Positions 39,918 to 50,422 of a stretch of DNA of 64,000 nt are shown one piece after another. The position numbers were made by a program, and so were the translations under genes. The notes under the pieces were generated by a model, which had not been told where the DNA came from, did not search any database, and saw nothing but the letters and a program-made list of their open reading frames with translations. The DNA lies in contig CAVYLP010000002.1 in assembly GCA_963769425.1 (NCBI GenBank), forward strand, positions 134,204 to 198,203, in the 5' to 3' direction. Position 1 is the stretch's first letter. Every line of letters begins with the position of its first letter. The DNA comes from Candidatus Bathyarchaeota archaeon (GTDB lineage Archaea; Thermoproteota; Bathyarchaeia; TCS64).

Positions 39918-40360
39918 ATTTGAATCTTAGAACTTGGTTATTTATAGAGGCAGTTATTAAACTCGAATATAAGTAACTCCGAGATGCAATAATTCGCACG
40001 TGACTCATTTGTTAGGGTAAATAGATGAGTGGCCTGGAGTTTCTTGAGTTGATCTCCTCGAAATTCTTGAGCTAGTAGCCTACCGCCGAAGATCGAGTTT
40101 TAATGGAGGTTATCTTGGGCACCCTCACTATCTTCGTATCATACTTGCTATGAGTGTCCTCGCGCGCAGCATAGAAGGTAGGATATATAAAACTGCTACT
40201 ATACGTGAAGCTGTGAAAATAACTACTCCAATATTTAGAACTTAACATAAAGTCGAATCAGTACTAATCAAATAGACGCACTTCCTACATGATTTAACCT
40301 GGATATTTCGCGTTTCATGAGAATAACCCCTGATTACTATAAACGCTACACTATCTAACC

Positions 40361-41263
40361 ATGGCTTCAGAGCATGACGCAGGCAGCGAATGGATCCTAA
40401 AAATGGAGGCAATACTTGACAATCAAGGTACGCCAACAAAAAAGAATCTAACCCTTAGCACGCTTCTAAAGTCGATAAATAACTACGATTTGATACGCGA
40501 TCCCGAAACCCGGAAACGGGGGAGACAAATCATACTCGAAGCCTCAAAGAGAATAATAGAGAAAAATCGGGGAACCGGAAAAAAACTGGCCTACAGAGAG
40601 GGGACCAAAACAAGATTAAGACAAATTGGCTCTTACGCGAACCAACTTAGTAAGATCATAGAACCACTTCTCCACATCGACGAATCAGAATACGCAAGGA
40701 ATCTCATCGAGGAATTCATGCCGAAGGTGGAGGAAGCAGCACGTTTCGCCACGAAACTAGACCCTGAGATGGCTGCCCAGATGCTTAAAATTCTGGACTC
40801 CGCCGAGATCCTCAACCTAACATTCAACAAGGATCTCAACGAAGCATTCAAGGAAATAATCGAACTCCATGTTGTACCTAAAAATCTGGACGCATCCAGA
40901 CTACTCCTCGAACTCGCACAAGCAAGATTCGAGGCTGGTGAATACTTGACGTCGTATCTCCTCTCAAGAGAGGCCACCCGGAGCATCGTTGAAGACCTGA
41001 CAGGAGCCTATGCAAAGGAACTCGGACCAGAGGAGGCACCCTCACCCGATTGGAGGTTCGAGGATTACTTGGGGTACCTCATGGAGGTCGGACTTGTCCC
41101 AGTCGAGGAGGGAAAAGAATTCCTAGAGCTATTCGTCGGAGAACCTGAGCACCTCAACAGCAGATGGAAAAAGAGACGCGAAGCCGATAGAGCCCTCACC
41201 GGGGTCAGGAACTACTTGGATCTCATTGACAATGAAAACTCGGAAAACGAGGAATGGCTTTGA
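40361..41263 (+). CDS. Hypothetical all-helical protein with a HEPN-like C-terminal domain
   Basis: AQARFEAGEYLTSYLLSREATRSIVEDL ... EADRALTGVRNYL resembles the HEPN helical pattern. Confidence 0.55.
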   Translation: MASEHDAGSEWILKMEAILDNQGTPTKKNLTLSTLLKSINNYDLIRDPETRKRGRQIILEASKRIIEKNRGTGKKLAYREGTKTRLRQIGSYANQLSKIIEPLLHIDESEYARNLIEEFMPKVEEAARFATKLDPEMAAQMLKILDSAEILNLTFNKDLNEAFKEIIELHVVPKNLDASRLLLELAQARFEAGEYLTSYLLSREATRSIVEDLTGAYAKELGPEEAPSPDWRFEDYLGYLMEVGLVPVEEGKEFLELFVGEPEHLNSRWKKRREADRALTGVRNYLDLIDNENSENEEWL

Positions 41264-41324
41264 ATACCAAGCCACGGACCTTGTTCGACGAGGTTTGAGT
41301 TGTAGACGCGATTTGATGAGGAGT

Positions 41325-41400
41325 TGGAGCCGGGCGAAGGATTCGAACCTCCGTTGAACTGCTTTGCAGGCAGTCGCCTAATCCACTCAGCCAACCCGGC
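41325..41400 (-). tRNA. tRNA-Cys (GCA), intron-less, CCA encoded
   Basis: GCCGGGT acceptor, ACTGC-CTGCAAA-GCAGT anticodon arm, GGAGG-TTCGAAT-CCTTC T arm, U73 then CCA. Confidence 0.95.
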
Positions 41401-41540
41401 TTTCTCAAAAGATGTTTTCTATCGCCTAATTAATTCGATGGAAGTCCCCAGTGGATTAATATTCTTATCGGTCGTGCTAATCGATCTTTGAAGTGGATAC
41501 AATCAGATTCTCCATTGCCTCTCAGGTTTTCTAGTTTAGG

Positions 41541-41729
41541 TCATTTATGGAGCTGCTCATCCGCTTTAGCGAACTCTGCGAAACATTTCATGCACGCTTC
41601 GCCTTTACCTGGAATATAAGCAATAAAAGTTGTAAGGGGTTCTTTGCAGTTTACGCATCTTACGGGTTCCTGTTTAGCTAACTGAGGTTTCTCCATGGTT
41701 TCTTCATGTGAGACAATGTTTTTAAACAA
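41541..41729 (-). CDS. Small Zn-finger protein
   Basis: CVNC ... CMKC in about 50-60 aa. Confidence 0.55.
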   Translation of the reverse strand: MFKNIVSHEETMEKPQLAKQEPVRCVNCKEPLTTFIAYIPGKGEACMKCFAEFAKADEQLHK

Positions 41730-41996
41730 ATCGGATGATTGGTTCTTACCTTAGTTATTATACTATTATATATTCTTTCATTTCATATTCAGGTTGATTC
41801 ATGTGGATTATTAGCTATTTATAATATTATTTTATTAAGATTAACCTTTTTTTATCCATTTTTTATTGATCCTTATATGTTATTTGTTTAGAGCTAAATC
41901 TCGAGAAACTAATTGATTTTAATCGTTGGTTTAATTGGAAACCTCAGTGCATGGGAGATGATAATTGTAGCTTATGGGGATGAGATAATCTTCATC

Positions 41997-42412
41997 TCAC
42001 GGAAGGCTACTTGATTGTATAGGCTTTTCCTGTTTTCTTGCCTCTTGTGTTGTATTGTTAGGGATGATTTTTCTTAGGGCTTTGAGGACCTGATCTGGAT
42101 TAGCGGGTTTTTCGAGGATGAAGTCGAACTCGTTTAGTTTCCTCTCGTTTAGTGTCTGTTTATGACCCGTTATCAGGAGTATCCCAACTCCGGGGTCTAT
42201 GTCTCTTATCATCTCAGCTACCTCGTCCCCGTTTAGGTATGGCATCACGTAGTCCAGGATTATTGCCGCATACTTCTTTTCCTTCATCCTCTCAAGGGCG
42301 TTGATCCCGTTTCGAGAGACGTCTACGTCGTAACCTTTAGCTCTAATAGCTCTGAAAGTATGGTGGTTGTGTCTTGATCATCGTCCACGAGAAGTAGAGA
42401 GGTCAATTTCAT
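41997..42412 (-). pseudogene. Stand-alone receiver protein with a 1-nt deletion near 42337
   Basis: ATG 42412 MKLTSLLLVDDDQDTT...LLEL; after the shift KGYDVDVSRNG...IILDYVMPYLNG...LITG...EKP. Confidence 0.8.
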
Positions 42413-42864
42413 GTTCTTCTATATCTTTCATTTCCTTTTAAGAGAAGTGGATTGGTGATATCGAGTTATGCATCACACATTATGTTCGCAGAAAGGAACC
42501 ATTACCTTTAATATATTATCTTTATCGTGCTTCATATCCATTATAACGTAAGCATGCGAGTCAAAAGCCAGCGATGGCTTGTTTTTTACGGTAAAATTGC
42601 CTTTGGTTCAAGTAGAATCATGAAAAATGCATGACACTCCCCCAAAGCGAGCAAATTAATGGGTTTTATAGGATCTAACTAATGCATCTTAAGGGATTTG
42701 GTGCTCTTTCTGAGCTTTACGGTTTTAAGCCTCACATCACGCATGTAATTTTAGTGATTTCGTGCTCCTCTTTCTAGTGGTGTTAACTCCCCTTTTTTTC
42801 TGAATCTTTATGGGACGATTAGTTTATTTGTATCTGCAATGGAGTAAGATTAAGTCTCCTCGTT

Positions 42865-43218
42865 ATGTTTACGAAGGTCTTTCTCTCAGCTGTGAGGTTG
42901 AGGGCGATGCGTAAGGGTGTCTGGTATCGTTCCCTCGATCGTCTGGAGAGGGGGATACTTACTCTGGCGAGCCGCGTAGTCGATGAAGTCCATGATACTG
43001 TTCTAGGCGTTGAGTTAGTGAAGATCATTGCGAAGATCAGGGATGCTAGTGTTAGCGGGTTTGTCAGGCACGTTGAGACATTCGGAGTTCTTAGGGCTAG
43101 GAAGATAGTCGCGCAGGTCAGGTCGTTCAAGGGATTAGGGTGGTCGGCTGACTGTGATTTTGCTCGTTACCTAGCATTCCTCGATTTCAACCAGCCGATA
43201 GGATGGAGTAAAGGTTAA
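42865..43218 (+). CDS. Conserved hypothetical basic helical protein
   Basis: RAMRKGVWYRSLDRLERGIL; lies upstream of the membrane/MoxR operon. Confidence 0.65.
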   Translation: MFTKVFLSAVRLRAMRKGVWYRSLDRLERGILTLASRVVDEVHDTVLGVELVKIIAKIRDASVSGFVRHVETFGVLRARKIVAQVRSFKGLGWSADCDFARYLAFLDFNQPIGWSKG

Positions 43219-43331
43219 TCTATTGAGGGGTTGGCCGACTCTCTTCTGGTTACCAATCACCGACTGCTAGGAGTCACTTTTATGCTTCGCTATCATATTG
43301 GAGAGGCAAAGCGATTATCGGGGGTGTCACT

Positions 43332-44069
43332 TTGAAGCCGCTCGACAGGTCCTTGGATCGGTACTCGGCGCTTGGCCTCATGTTTGTGGTATTTGGTTTG
43401 CCGTCGTCGTTGTTCTCCTGGTTCGTGTTGGTGAATACTCCGTTGACGGCGTTGGGGCTTGGCTGCATGGTCCTGGGGGGGACATTGTTCTTGGTGCCTT
43501 CTAGTCCGATGCCGCGTGAGACGGTTCGGGCTATGGTGGAGGGTGCTTGCGTGGGGGTTGAGGCACTGCTTGAGGAGTTTGACGCGAGGCTCCCCTGTGT
43601 CTATCTTCCTCCACGGGAGGGGAGGGTAGTCGCCTACGCTCCGCTTTCGAGTAGTCCTGGCTACGTGGGGGTCGCCGCGGCGATGAGAGCCCCGCTCCGA
43701 GTGCTGAGCGATGTAAGTGGGGGTCGGGCGCTGATGGTGTTTCCGCCCGGGTCCGAGATTGTTCGAATCGCTGGGTTGGAGGCGGAGTCGGGGGTGGAGG
43801 AGGCGCTGGGGTACGTTCTCGTGGACTTCCTCGAGGAGGTTGAGAGGGTTAAGGCGGCGATGGAGGGGGACCGCGTGGTCGTGGAGATGGCGGGTTCCCG
43901 GGTGGAGACCGGGTTCCCCCGGTTTAGGATGGTTCTTGGTTCTCTACCTACGAGTATTGCTGGTTGTGTCCTCGCGGCGACGCTGGGGAAACCGGTGGCG
44001 CTAGTAGAGGAGGCCGCGTCGGGTAAGGTTTTGAGCGCGACGTTCAGGGTGCTTGAGTCTGTTGGATAG
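43332..44069 (+). CDS. Hypothetical membrane protein (two N-terminal TM helices)
   Basis: Two TM helices, VYLPP, VFPPGSE, LGSLPTSIAG; first gene of an overlapping operon. Confidence 0.72.
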   Translation: MKPLDRSLDRYSALGLMFVVFGLPSSLFSWFVLVNTPLTALGLGCMVLGGTLFLVPSSPMPRETVRAMVEGACVGVEALLEEFDARLPCVYLPPREGRVVAYAPLSSSPGYVGVAAAMRAPLRVLSDVSGGRALMVFPPGSEIVRIAGLEAESGVEEALGYVLVDFLEEVERVKAAMEGDRVVVEMAGSRVETGFPRFRMVLGSLPTSIAGCVLAATLGKPVALVEEAASGKVLSATFRVLESVG

Positions 44070-44319
44070 GCACAAGCAGTACGTTGTGTCCTTGGCGGCG
44101 CTGCTGGTGGCAACCACGGTAGCGCTTGCGGCGCTTGTGGAGTGGAGGCTCGAGGTCTACGTTAGCCTCTTCGCCGTCTGCTACTTCGCTGCTTCGGCGC
44201 TATTCAGGCCGAGGCGGAGGGGGTTCGACTACGTGGGCGGAGTTCTCTTCGCGTCCTTCTGCCTCATTGTGGCTTTGAAGGTTGTTCAGATCTTGGGTCT
44301 GAAGCTGGTGTTGGGTTGA
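44053..44319 (+). CDS. Small three-TM membrane protein
   Basis: RLEVYVSLF..YF...FRPRRR; overlaps both neighbours. Confidence 0.7.
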   Translation: MSLLDRHKQYVVSLAALLVATTVALAALVEWRLEVYVSLFAVCYFAASALFRPRRRGFDYVGGVLFASFCLIVALKVVQILGLKLVLG

Positions 44320-46190
44320 CAGGTTCCAGGTCTGTGGCTCTGGTTGTGTGCCTTCTGCTGGTTCTGCAGTTCGTTGTTCCCGTTGGGGCGGATACGTTGC
44401 CAAGGCATCAGGACCCTCAGACGCTGGGTCCCCAGCCCCCTGACGTTGGTAGTCTATTCGACTTGTATGGTTTCGTGTTCAACATGACGGCGGCGGGAAA
44501 CTACACCGGTGCTGTCAGTTGGCTTGACTGGGCGAGGCTGGTCTACCCTTCCCCGGGCTCGGAGTCTTTGATCGACCGTTACAATGGGCAGCTTGGGGCT
44601 TTTATCAGCGGCATGAATGTGACCAAGGCTGACCTCAATCTAGCTAGGGAGAATCTCAGGCACCTGAGGACGGATGATCTTGAGGTTCTGCTTCAGCGAA
44701 TCCAGGAGGATCTGAACAAAGGGAATGTTACTCTTAATGGACTTCAATCAACCTCGCTTGAGCTTGCCACTCTTCTTAAGAGGCCCCCTGATGCGCTTCT
44801 CGCCGGTGTTGATGATCTGAGGGTGCTTCATGCGGAGTACACACAGCAGGTCGAACTTGTAATTCAGAGTATGCAGAATGGGGGAACCCTCAACGCTACG
44901 ATCCTATCTATTAATGTCGCACCAAAAGAGGTTCTTGTCGGCTCCAAGATAATGGTGACGGGTAAGCTCACTGACGTGTTAGGTAATGCGCTTGAGGCTA
45001 GGTCAATCGAGGTTTTATTCGACGATAAAGTGGTCGGAGTGTCTGCGATAAATGGTTCAGGGGTGTTCGTTTTAGAGCTATCAGCCCCCTTCGTTTACGA
45101 GGATATTCTCAACGTAACCGCGGAATACTGGCCGAGCGGAGGTGACGCTATTATGTATCTTCCTTCGGCGTCGAACGAGGTGCAGGTGAAACTGGTCTAC
45201 TACACTCCAGTGATCGATGTCTCTGTTCCAAAGATAGTCTACCCTGGGAAGATGCTGATGATCGAGGGCAACGTCACCTACGGGGGTGCGTCGGTCGTCG
45301 GAGTCGGCGTGAATGTCGTTGTCTTCGGATTTGACGTTGTCACTGTGTCGGGGATCGACGGGGGAATTAGCTTCGAAGTTCCTGTTCCCCATGACTCAGT
45401 AGAGGGAACCACTTCAATAACATTGGCGAGCCTCGCCGATGGCGTCTATGCTCCAGTTAAGGCCTTAGCACATGTTGATGTTGTCCGCCAGCCACTGGAG
45501 CTTAGTGTTGATGCTCCGAGTTGGGCTGTCTCGGGTTTTCCAGTCAGGATTAAAGGCACTGCTTCGAGTGGCGGTGCCCCTGCTGTGAACTGCTCTATAA
45601 GGCTTGAGAGTGGGGTCGGCTCGGTCGTTACAAAAACGGGAGGTGACGGTGGATTCGAGGTAGAGTTGAGCCCACCAATGGTCCTGGGGACCGAGAACTA
45701 TCCGTTCGTGGTCAAGGCTACGCCCGTTGAGCCTTGGATAAGGTCCTCCTCCTTTAGCGGAGGGGTGTTCATGACGAACCTTCTAACGCTTGTTGGAGGA
45801 TCCGCTTTGGTGGTAGCTGGTGGCTTCTATACCTCTAAAAAAATTCGGCGAAAGCCGCATATTTCTCCAACGGCTAGGGAGAAAACGCTTGTCGCAGAGT
45901 CGATACCTGTGACGGTTGCTCCGGTAACAGGTGTGGAACCTGAGGGAGTGAGGGACTCTTACGCTTACGCTTTGGATGTGGTTTCTAGGAAAACGGGTGT
46001 AATCCCGCGTCCCAGCTCCACGCTCAGGGAATACCTGGTCGAGGTTTGGGGCAGTTTAGGTGAGAGTGGGGGACCATTCAGGTCATTGACCATGCTCTAT
46101 GAGGGGTGGTTGTATGATAGAGACGTGGATGTGAACCTTGGCGCCATCCGCGTATTGCTGCGCAGGGTGAGGGAGCTCTTCTCGGTTTGA
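44316..46190 (+). CDS. Large exported Ig-like repeat protein with C-terminal TM and DUF4129-like domain
   Basis: Signal peptide, helical region, three beta-sandwich repeats, TM helix, PSSTLREYL...LTMLYE..LY. Confidence 0.78.
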   Translation: MTGSRSVALVVCLLLVLQFVVPVGADTLPRHQDPQTLGPQPPDVGSLFDLYGFVFNMTAAGNYTGAVSWLDWARLVYPSPGSESLIDRYNGQLGAFISGMNVTKADLNLARENLRHLRTDDLEVLLQRIQEDLNKGNVTLNGLQSTSLELATLLKRPPDALLAGVDDLRVLHAEYTQQVELVIQSMQNGGTLNATILSINVAPKEVLVGSKIMVTGKLTDVLGNALEARSIEVLFDDKVVGVSAINGSGVFVLELSAPFVYEDILNVTAEYWPSGGDAIMYLPSASNEVQVKLVYYTPVIDVSVPKIVYPGKMLMIEGNVTYGGASVVGVGVNVVVFGFDVVTVSGIDGGISFEVPVPHDSVEGTTSITLASLADGVYAPVKALAHVDVVRQPLELSVDAPSWAVSGFPVRIKGTASSGGAPAVNCSIRLESGVGSVVTKTGGDGGFEVELSPPMVLGTENYPFVVKATPVEPWIRSSSFSGGVFMTNLLTLVGGSALVVAGGFYTSKKIRRKPHISPTAREKTLVAESIPVTVAPVTGVEPEGVRDSYAYALDVVSRKTGVIPRPSSTLREYLVEVWGSLGESGGPFRSLTMLYEGWLYDRDVDVNLGAIRVLLRRVRELFSV

Positions 46191-47176
46191 GGGCTAGATT
46201 CATCCTTTTAGTCGGGCTTGTCGTGTCCGCGGCCTTCATCGTGGGCCTCGCGGCTTGGTTCCCCTCGATTGACGACTTGTTCGTGGGTAACTCGTTCTGG
46301 AATGGGTTATCCGAAGTCTACAGCATCTACCACCCGGCGAGGTTGGAGACGCTTGAGGCGCTGAGTGGGGTGTTCAGTGATCCCTCTAATTCGACGCTTC
46401 TGATGCTCGGACCTTCTAAGCCGTACACTATAACTGACGTTCAGCAGGTGAGTGGCTATCTGGCTAGTGGCGGGACCGTCTTTTTAGCCGATGACTTTGG
46501 AACAGCAAACACTTTGCTAGAGGGACTGGGTCTACATGTTCGGTTCTCCGGGGAGTTGTTAGAGGACCCGTTGTTCAAGGATAGGAATGAGTTGATGCCA
46601 CTTTCGTACACCTTTAACCAATTCCTCCAAGATAGGGGGGTTAGGCTCATGGTGATGAATTACCCGACAGTGCTTAGTGGAATAGAGGATGCCAGGGTCT
46701 ACTCGTGGTCCAGTTCTTTCAGTTACGTTTCTGACAAGCCTGCATCTCCCTCGGCAGCCTCGGGGAGTGGGCCATTTCCACTAATAGCGGAGGTGGAGGT
46801 TGGGGCTGGGCATCTGGTCTTAGTCAGTGACCCGAGTATGTTCATCAATGGTATGCTTACGTCTGGTGACAACTCGGTGGTGCTGGGGAGCTTCGTAAGG
46901 GGCTCGGTGGCCATCGACGAGGCTCACTCGATCTCCTCGACCCTCACCGTCGTGAGGGATTACATGGTTCAGATCTACGCGATACTCGCAATCGCCGAGG
47001 TGAGGTATTCGCTGCTGGGGCTCGGGCTCGTACTCTCCTTTAAGGTTAAATGGGATGAACCGAAGGCTGATAGGGTGGACGAAGTCGAGGAGACCATCAA
47101 GCGTCGCCCCGACTGGAGTAGGGATCTGGTCGAGCACGTGGATGAACTGAGGAAGAGAAAAGATGGAGATCGCTGA
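46187..47176 (+). CDS. DUF4350-domain membrane-anchored protein
   Basis: N.FWNGLS, LGPSKPY, GGTVFLADDFGTAN, LVSDPSMFINGM, IDEAH. Confidence 0.82.
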   Translation: MRARFILLVGLVVSAAFIVGLAAWFPSIDDLFVGNSFWNGLSEVYSIYHPARLETLEALSGVFSDPSNSTLLMLGPSKPYTITDVQQVSGYLASGGTVFLADDFGTANTLLEGLGLHVRFSGELLEDPLFKDRNELMPLSYTFNQFLQDRGVRLMVMNYPTVLSGIEDARVYSWSSSFSYVSDKPASPSAASGSGPFPLIAEVEVGAGHLVLVSDPSMFINGMLTSGDNSVVLGSFVRGSVAIDEAHSISSTLTVVRDYMVQIYAILAIAEVRYSLLGLGLVLSFKVKWDEPKADRVDEVEETIKRRPDWSRDLVEHVDELRKRKDGDR

Positions 47177-48107
47177 AGTACAGTCCCGCTTAAAGAAGAT
47201 TCAGAGTGGGGTCGGTGAGGCTGTGTTGGGCCACGACGACGTCGTCGAGACCCTCATTATCGCACTGCTGTCGGGTGGCCACGTGTTGCTTGAGGGGCCG
47301 CCCGGGATCGGGAAGACGACGCTGGCTAAGGCATTTGCACAGTCCGTCGGTGGGGAGTTCAGGAGGATTCAGATGACCCCGGATCTGCTTCCGGCGGATG
47401 TGCTCGGTGTGAATGTGTACAACCAGAGGGATGGGTCGTGGAGCTTGAAGAGGGGGCCGATCTTCGGGAACGTGGTGCTGGTTGATGAGATGAATAGGGC
47501 TCCGCCGAAGGTTCAGGCGGCGTTCCTCGAGGTCATGCAGGAGAGGCAGGTGACGATCGAAGGGCAGACCCTCGGCATGGAGAGACCCTTCATGGTTGTC
47601 GCGACGCAAGTACCGTTCGCGAGGGCGGGGACGTATCTACTGACGGATGTTCAGTTGGACCGTTTCGCGTTCAAGGTCACCCTCGGTTACCCGGAGAGGG
47701 CGATAGAGGACGAGATCCTCGGCAAGATCGATGCGATTGAGGATCCGAGTATCGAATCTGTGATGAAGTCAAGCGAAGTCCTCGAGTTATCGGATAAGGT
47801 GCTCACCGTCTTCGTCCACGAGAGGGTCAGGGGCTACATCCTAGACCTGATTGCCAATCTTAGGGGGGACCCGAGTGTCAGGGAGGGGCCGAGTACTAGG
47901 GCCTCGGTCTGGCTACTGAAGGGTGCGAGAGCAAGGGCTCTCTTCGAGGGGAGGAACTACGTGATCCCTGATGACGTAAAGTTCCTTGCGGACAAGGTGC
48001 TGATCCACAGGATCGACCTGACCCCCCAGGCTAGGGCGGAAGATGTTTCACCGGAGAGCCTCGTGAAGTCCGCTTTGAATACGATTCCCGTTCCGAAGGA
48101 ACTCTAG
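47163..48107 (+). CDS. MoxR family AAA+ ATPase
   Basis: GHVLLEGPPGIGKT, RIQMTPDLLPAD, GPIF, DEMNRAPPKVQAAFLEVMQERQVT, QLDRF, VIPDDVK. Confidence 0.95.
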   Translation: MEIAEVQSRLKKIQSGVGEAVLGHDDVVETLIIALLSGGHVLLEGPPGIGKTTLAKAFAQSVGGEFRRIQMTPDLLPADVLGVNVYNQRDGSWSLKRGPIFGNVVLVDEMNRAPPKVQAAFLEVMQERQVTIEGQTLGMERPFMVVATQVPFARAGTYLLTDVQLDRFAFKVTLGYPERAIEDEILGKIDAIEDPSIESVMKSSEVLELSDKVLTVFVHERVRGYILDLIANLRGDPSVREGPSTRASVWLLKGARARALFEGRNYVIPDDVKFLADKVLIHRIDLTPQARAEDVSPESLVKSALNTIPVPKEL

Positions 48108-48117
48108 GCATTTCTGG

Positions 48118-49455
48118 ATGTCACAAAGCACAAACCTGGTTCGACTCACTGAGAGGGGCTGGAGGCTCCTCGCCGGGGTGATGGTTACGGCTTTCGTCGC
48201 CGTATTCTTCGCTGATGTCTTCATCGGTGTTCTGTCTCTGGGGCTAGGCGGGTTGCTCGTCTACTCGTGGCTGGGGATGAGGCGGAGCGTACAAGGGCTT
48301 GGTAGCCTGGTGGTTCAGAGCTTGAAGGGTGTTGAGGGTACTCTCACTGCCGGGCAGGTTAATGAAATTGAGTACACGATCGATTCAACCTACTCTGGGG
48401 TGGTCAGGCTGGGTTCACCGATTGCGGGCGTGTCCTTTGAGCCCTCTGAGATCCAGCCAGGCGGGAACAAGGTGTCATGTGTCTTTAAGCCCAGGATCTC
48501 GGGGGAGTACTCCTCGGGGCGCGTCGAAGCCTCCCTCGTGGATGGCTGGAGGCTCTTCGAGGGTGGGTGTAGTCTGCCCTTCGTCCAGTCTTACAGGGTT
48601 TATCCCCGGGTACTCGAAGCGGTGGTTGAGGCCACGGAGTACCTTATGCAGACGGATGTTTTTGGTTCCGGGGCTCAGTTGACCCGGCTTAGGGGTGGGG
48701 GCTCGGAGTACGCGGATACCCGGCCATATGTTGTTGGTGACTCAGTTCGTCAGTTTGACTGGAAGGCGTCTGCTAGGCTTGACCGGTTGATGGTTAAGGA
48801 GTTCTACCTGGAGGGTGGGGTTCGGGCGTGTGTGTTGTTCGAGGCGGAGGCAGGGGATGCGGAGTCGAGGGATGAGGTCTCCGCGGCGTTCCTTCGGGTG
48901 GTGACGATGTATGCGAGGATGGACGCGCCGTTGGACCTGGTGATATACGACAAGTCTGGGGTTCTACTCGACGTTGAGCAGATTCAGCCCTCAGTGGCAG
49001 TCGGGCAAGCGATGAAGTACGCACTCGACGTGGCTGAGGTGGAGCCCGAGGTCCTATACGAGCTTCTCGACCCGAGGTCTACCTCCTTCCTCAAAGGTTT
49101 CCTTGGTGGGTTAAGTGGGTCGGGGGTAGCCCCAGTTAGTTCGTTTGCACACCCAATTGTGAATATCTTTACTGGTAAGGATGTTGAGCACCTAAGGATT
49201 ACCGCGGTTTCATCGATCTTGGATCCGGTTCCTCTCATCGAGCTGGCTCGGCTCGGGGGCGCGAGGGGGTGGACAGTTGAGATTCTGCAGCCAACACGGC
49301 CCTGGATCAGCGCTGTCCTATTAGAGGGTGCTGTGGAGAGGTGGAGGTACTACGAGAAGATGTATCGGGTCCTTGAGAGGGGTGGGGTCTATGTCTCCTC
49401 GTCCCTCGAGGAGCTGTGTGAACGAGAGGGTGAAGAGTTCCAAGCTTCTATTTGA
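48118..49455 (+). CDS. DUF58-domain protein (MoxR partner)
   Basis: Two TM helices, RVYP, GSEYADTRPYVVGDSVRQFDWKASAR..LMVKEF. Confidence 0.88.
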   Translation: MSQSTNLVRLTERGWRLLAGVMVTAFVAVFFADVFIGVLSLGLGGLLVYSWLGMRRSVQGLGSLVVQSLKGVEGTLTAGQVNEIEYTIDSTYSGVVRLGSPIAGVSFEPSEIQPGGNKVSCVFKPRISGEYSSGRVEASLVDGWRLFEGGCSLPFVQSYRVYPRVLEAVVEATEYLMQTDVFGSGAQLTRLRGGGSEYADTRPYVVGDSVRQFDWKASARLDRLMVKEFYLEGGVRACVLFEAEAGDAESRDEVSAAFLRVVTMYARMDAPLDLVIYDKSGVLLDVEQIQPSVAVGQAMKYALDVAEVEPEVLYELLDPRSTSFLKGFLGGLSGSGVAPVSSFAHPIVNIFTGKDVEHLRITAVSSILDPVPLIELARLGGARGWTVEILQPTRPWISAVLLEGAVERWRYYEKMYRVLERGGVYVSSSLEELCEREGEEFQASI

Positions 49456-50422
49456 CTGTGTGTTCGCTTTTTTGATGAATGGTGCAAGCGAATATATTAC
49501 TCTAGGCCTGAACGTTCCCTGAAGTGCTTCCTCGCCAAGGGAATGGTCGGGTCGAATTTGGTGCACCAGTTCCCCTCGGATTTACTACAAGGTTTTCTGG
49601 AGTTAATGCATCGTCTACACCATTTTTCCCCGATTGGTACCGCCGTAATTTTTCGGGACATAATCTACTCCCTAGTCGATTCGGAAGCGGATGTTATAAG
49701 ATATGACTATGTGGACCAGGCACTCCACCGCCTGAAGCCTCATCGGGTCAAATCCATCAGCAAATCGATGAATGAGTCCATCTCTGATGAGGGACTCAAG
49801 ACGAATGATATAATTGACCCGATTCCCCTCAGAGTCGATCCTGGCACTTTCTCTTCCCCAGTCTTCAACTATTTTCTCGGCTCTCCTATGGTCATGATCG
49901 GTGAGTGTGAATTGGCGCGTTTTTTGAGCCCCTTCTGTAAGTTGTAGCATATTATAAGCGTTTTACGGAGTAGTCTAATGGTTCCTCGCTGATCCCTTGT
50001 GAAAGATCATCTAGGCCTGTGTTCGCCCATGCGTTCTGATCGGGATGATTGAATCGGCATGAGGATTATTTACTCGAATTTTTCAAGTCGCCCCCTCGCC
50101 AAAATGAAAAATAAATGATTTATGAATCGATTTACTTTAAATATTTTTAGCCTAATCTTGATATAACCAGCTTCGTAGAGAGCTGGCCACAGGAAACATC
50201 TGGATGCCGAAAGCAACCACTGTACAATGGGGCCTTTGGCCCCCATACTCAAAAAAAAATGCAAAAAAGCACAGGGTTGAGCGATGACGCGAAGACCAGT
50301 AGCTCTACTCAACCAATAATCAATTCGAGCCGATTTCTTAGCGTCCGACTAATAGGTTCGCAATTCTAGTTAAAGACCAACACCGTCTAGTTATAGACGC
50401 GAGAAGACCGACCTCGTCCGAG

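Noticed and set aside
49543-50312. ORFs 49543-49947, 49672-49950 and 50070-50312
   Set aside because: Mutually overlapping or atypical in composition with no recognisable motif; cannot be supported
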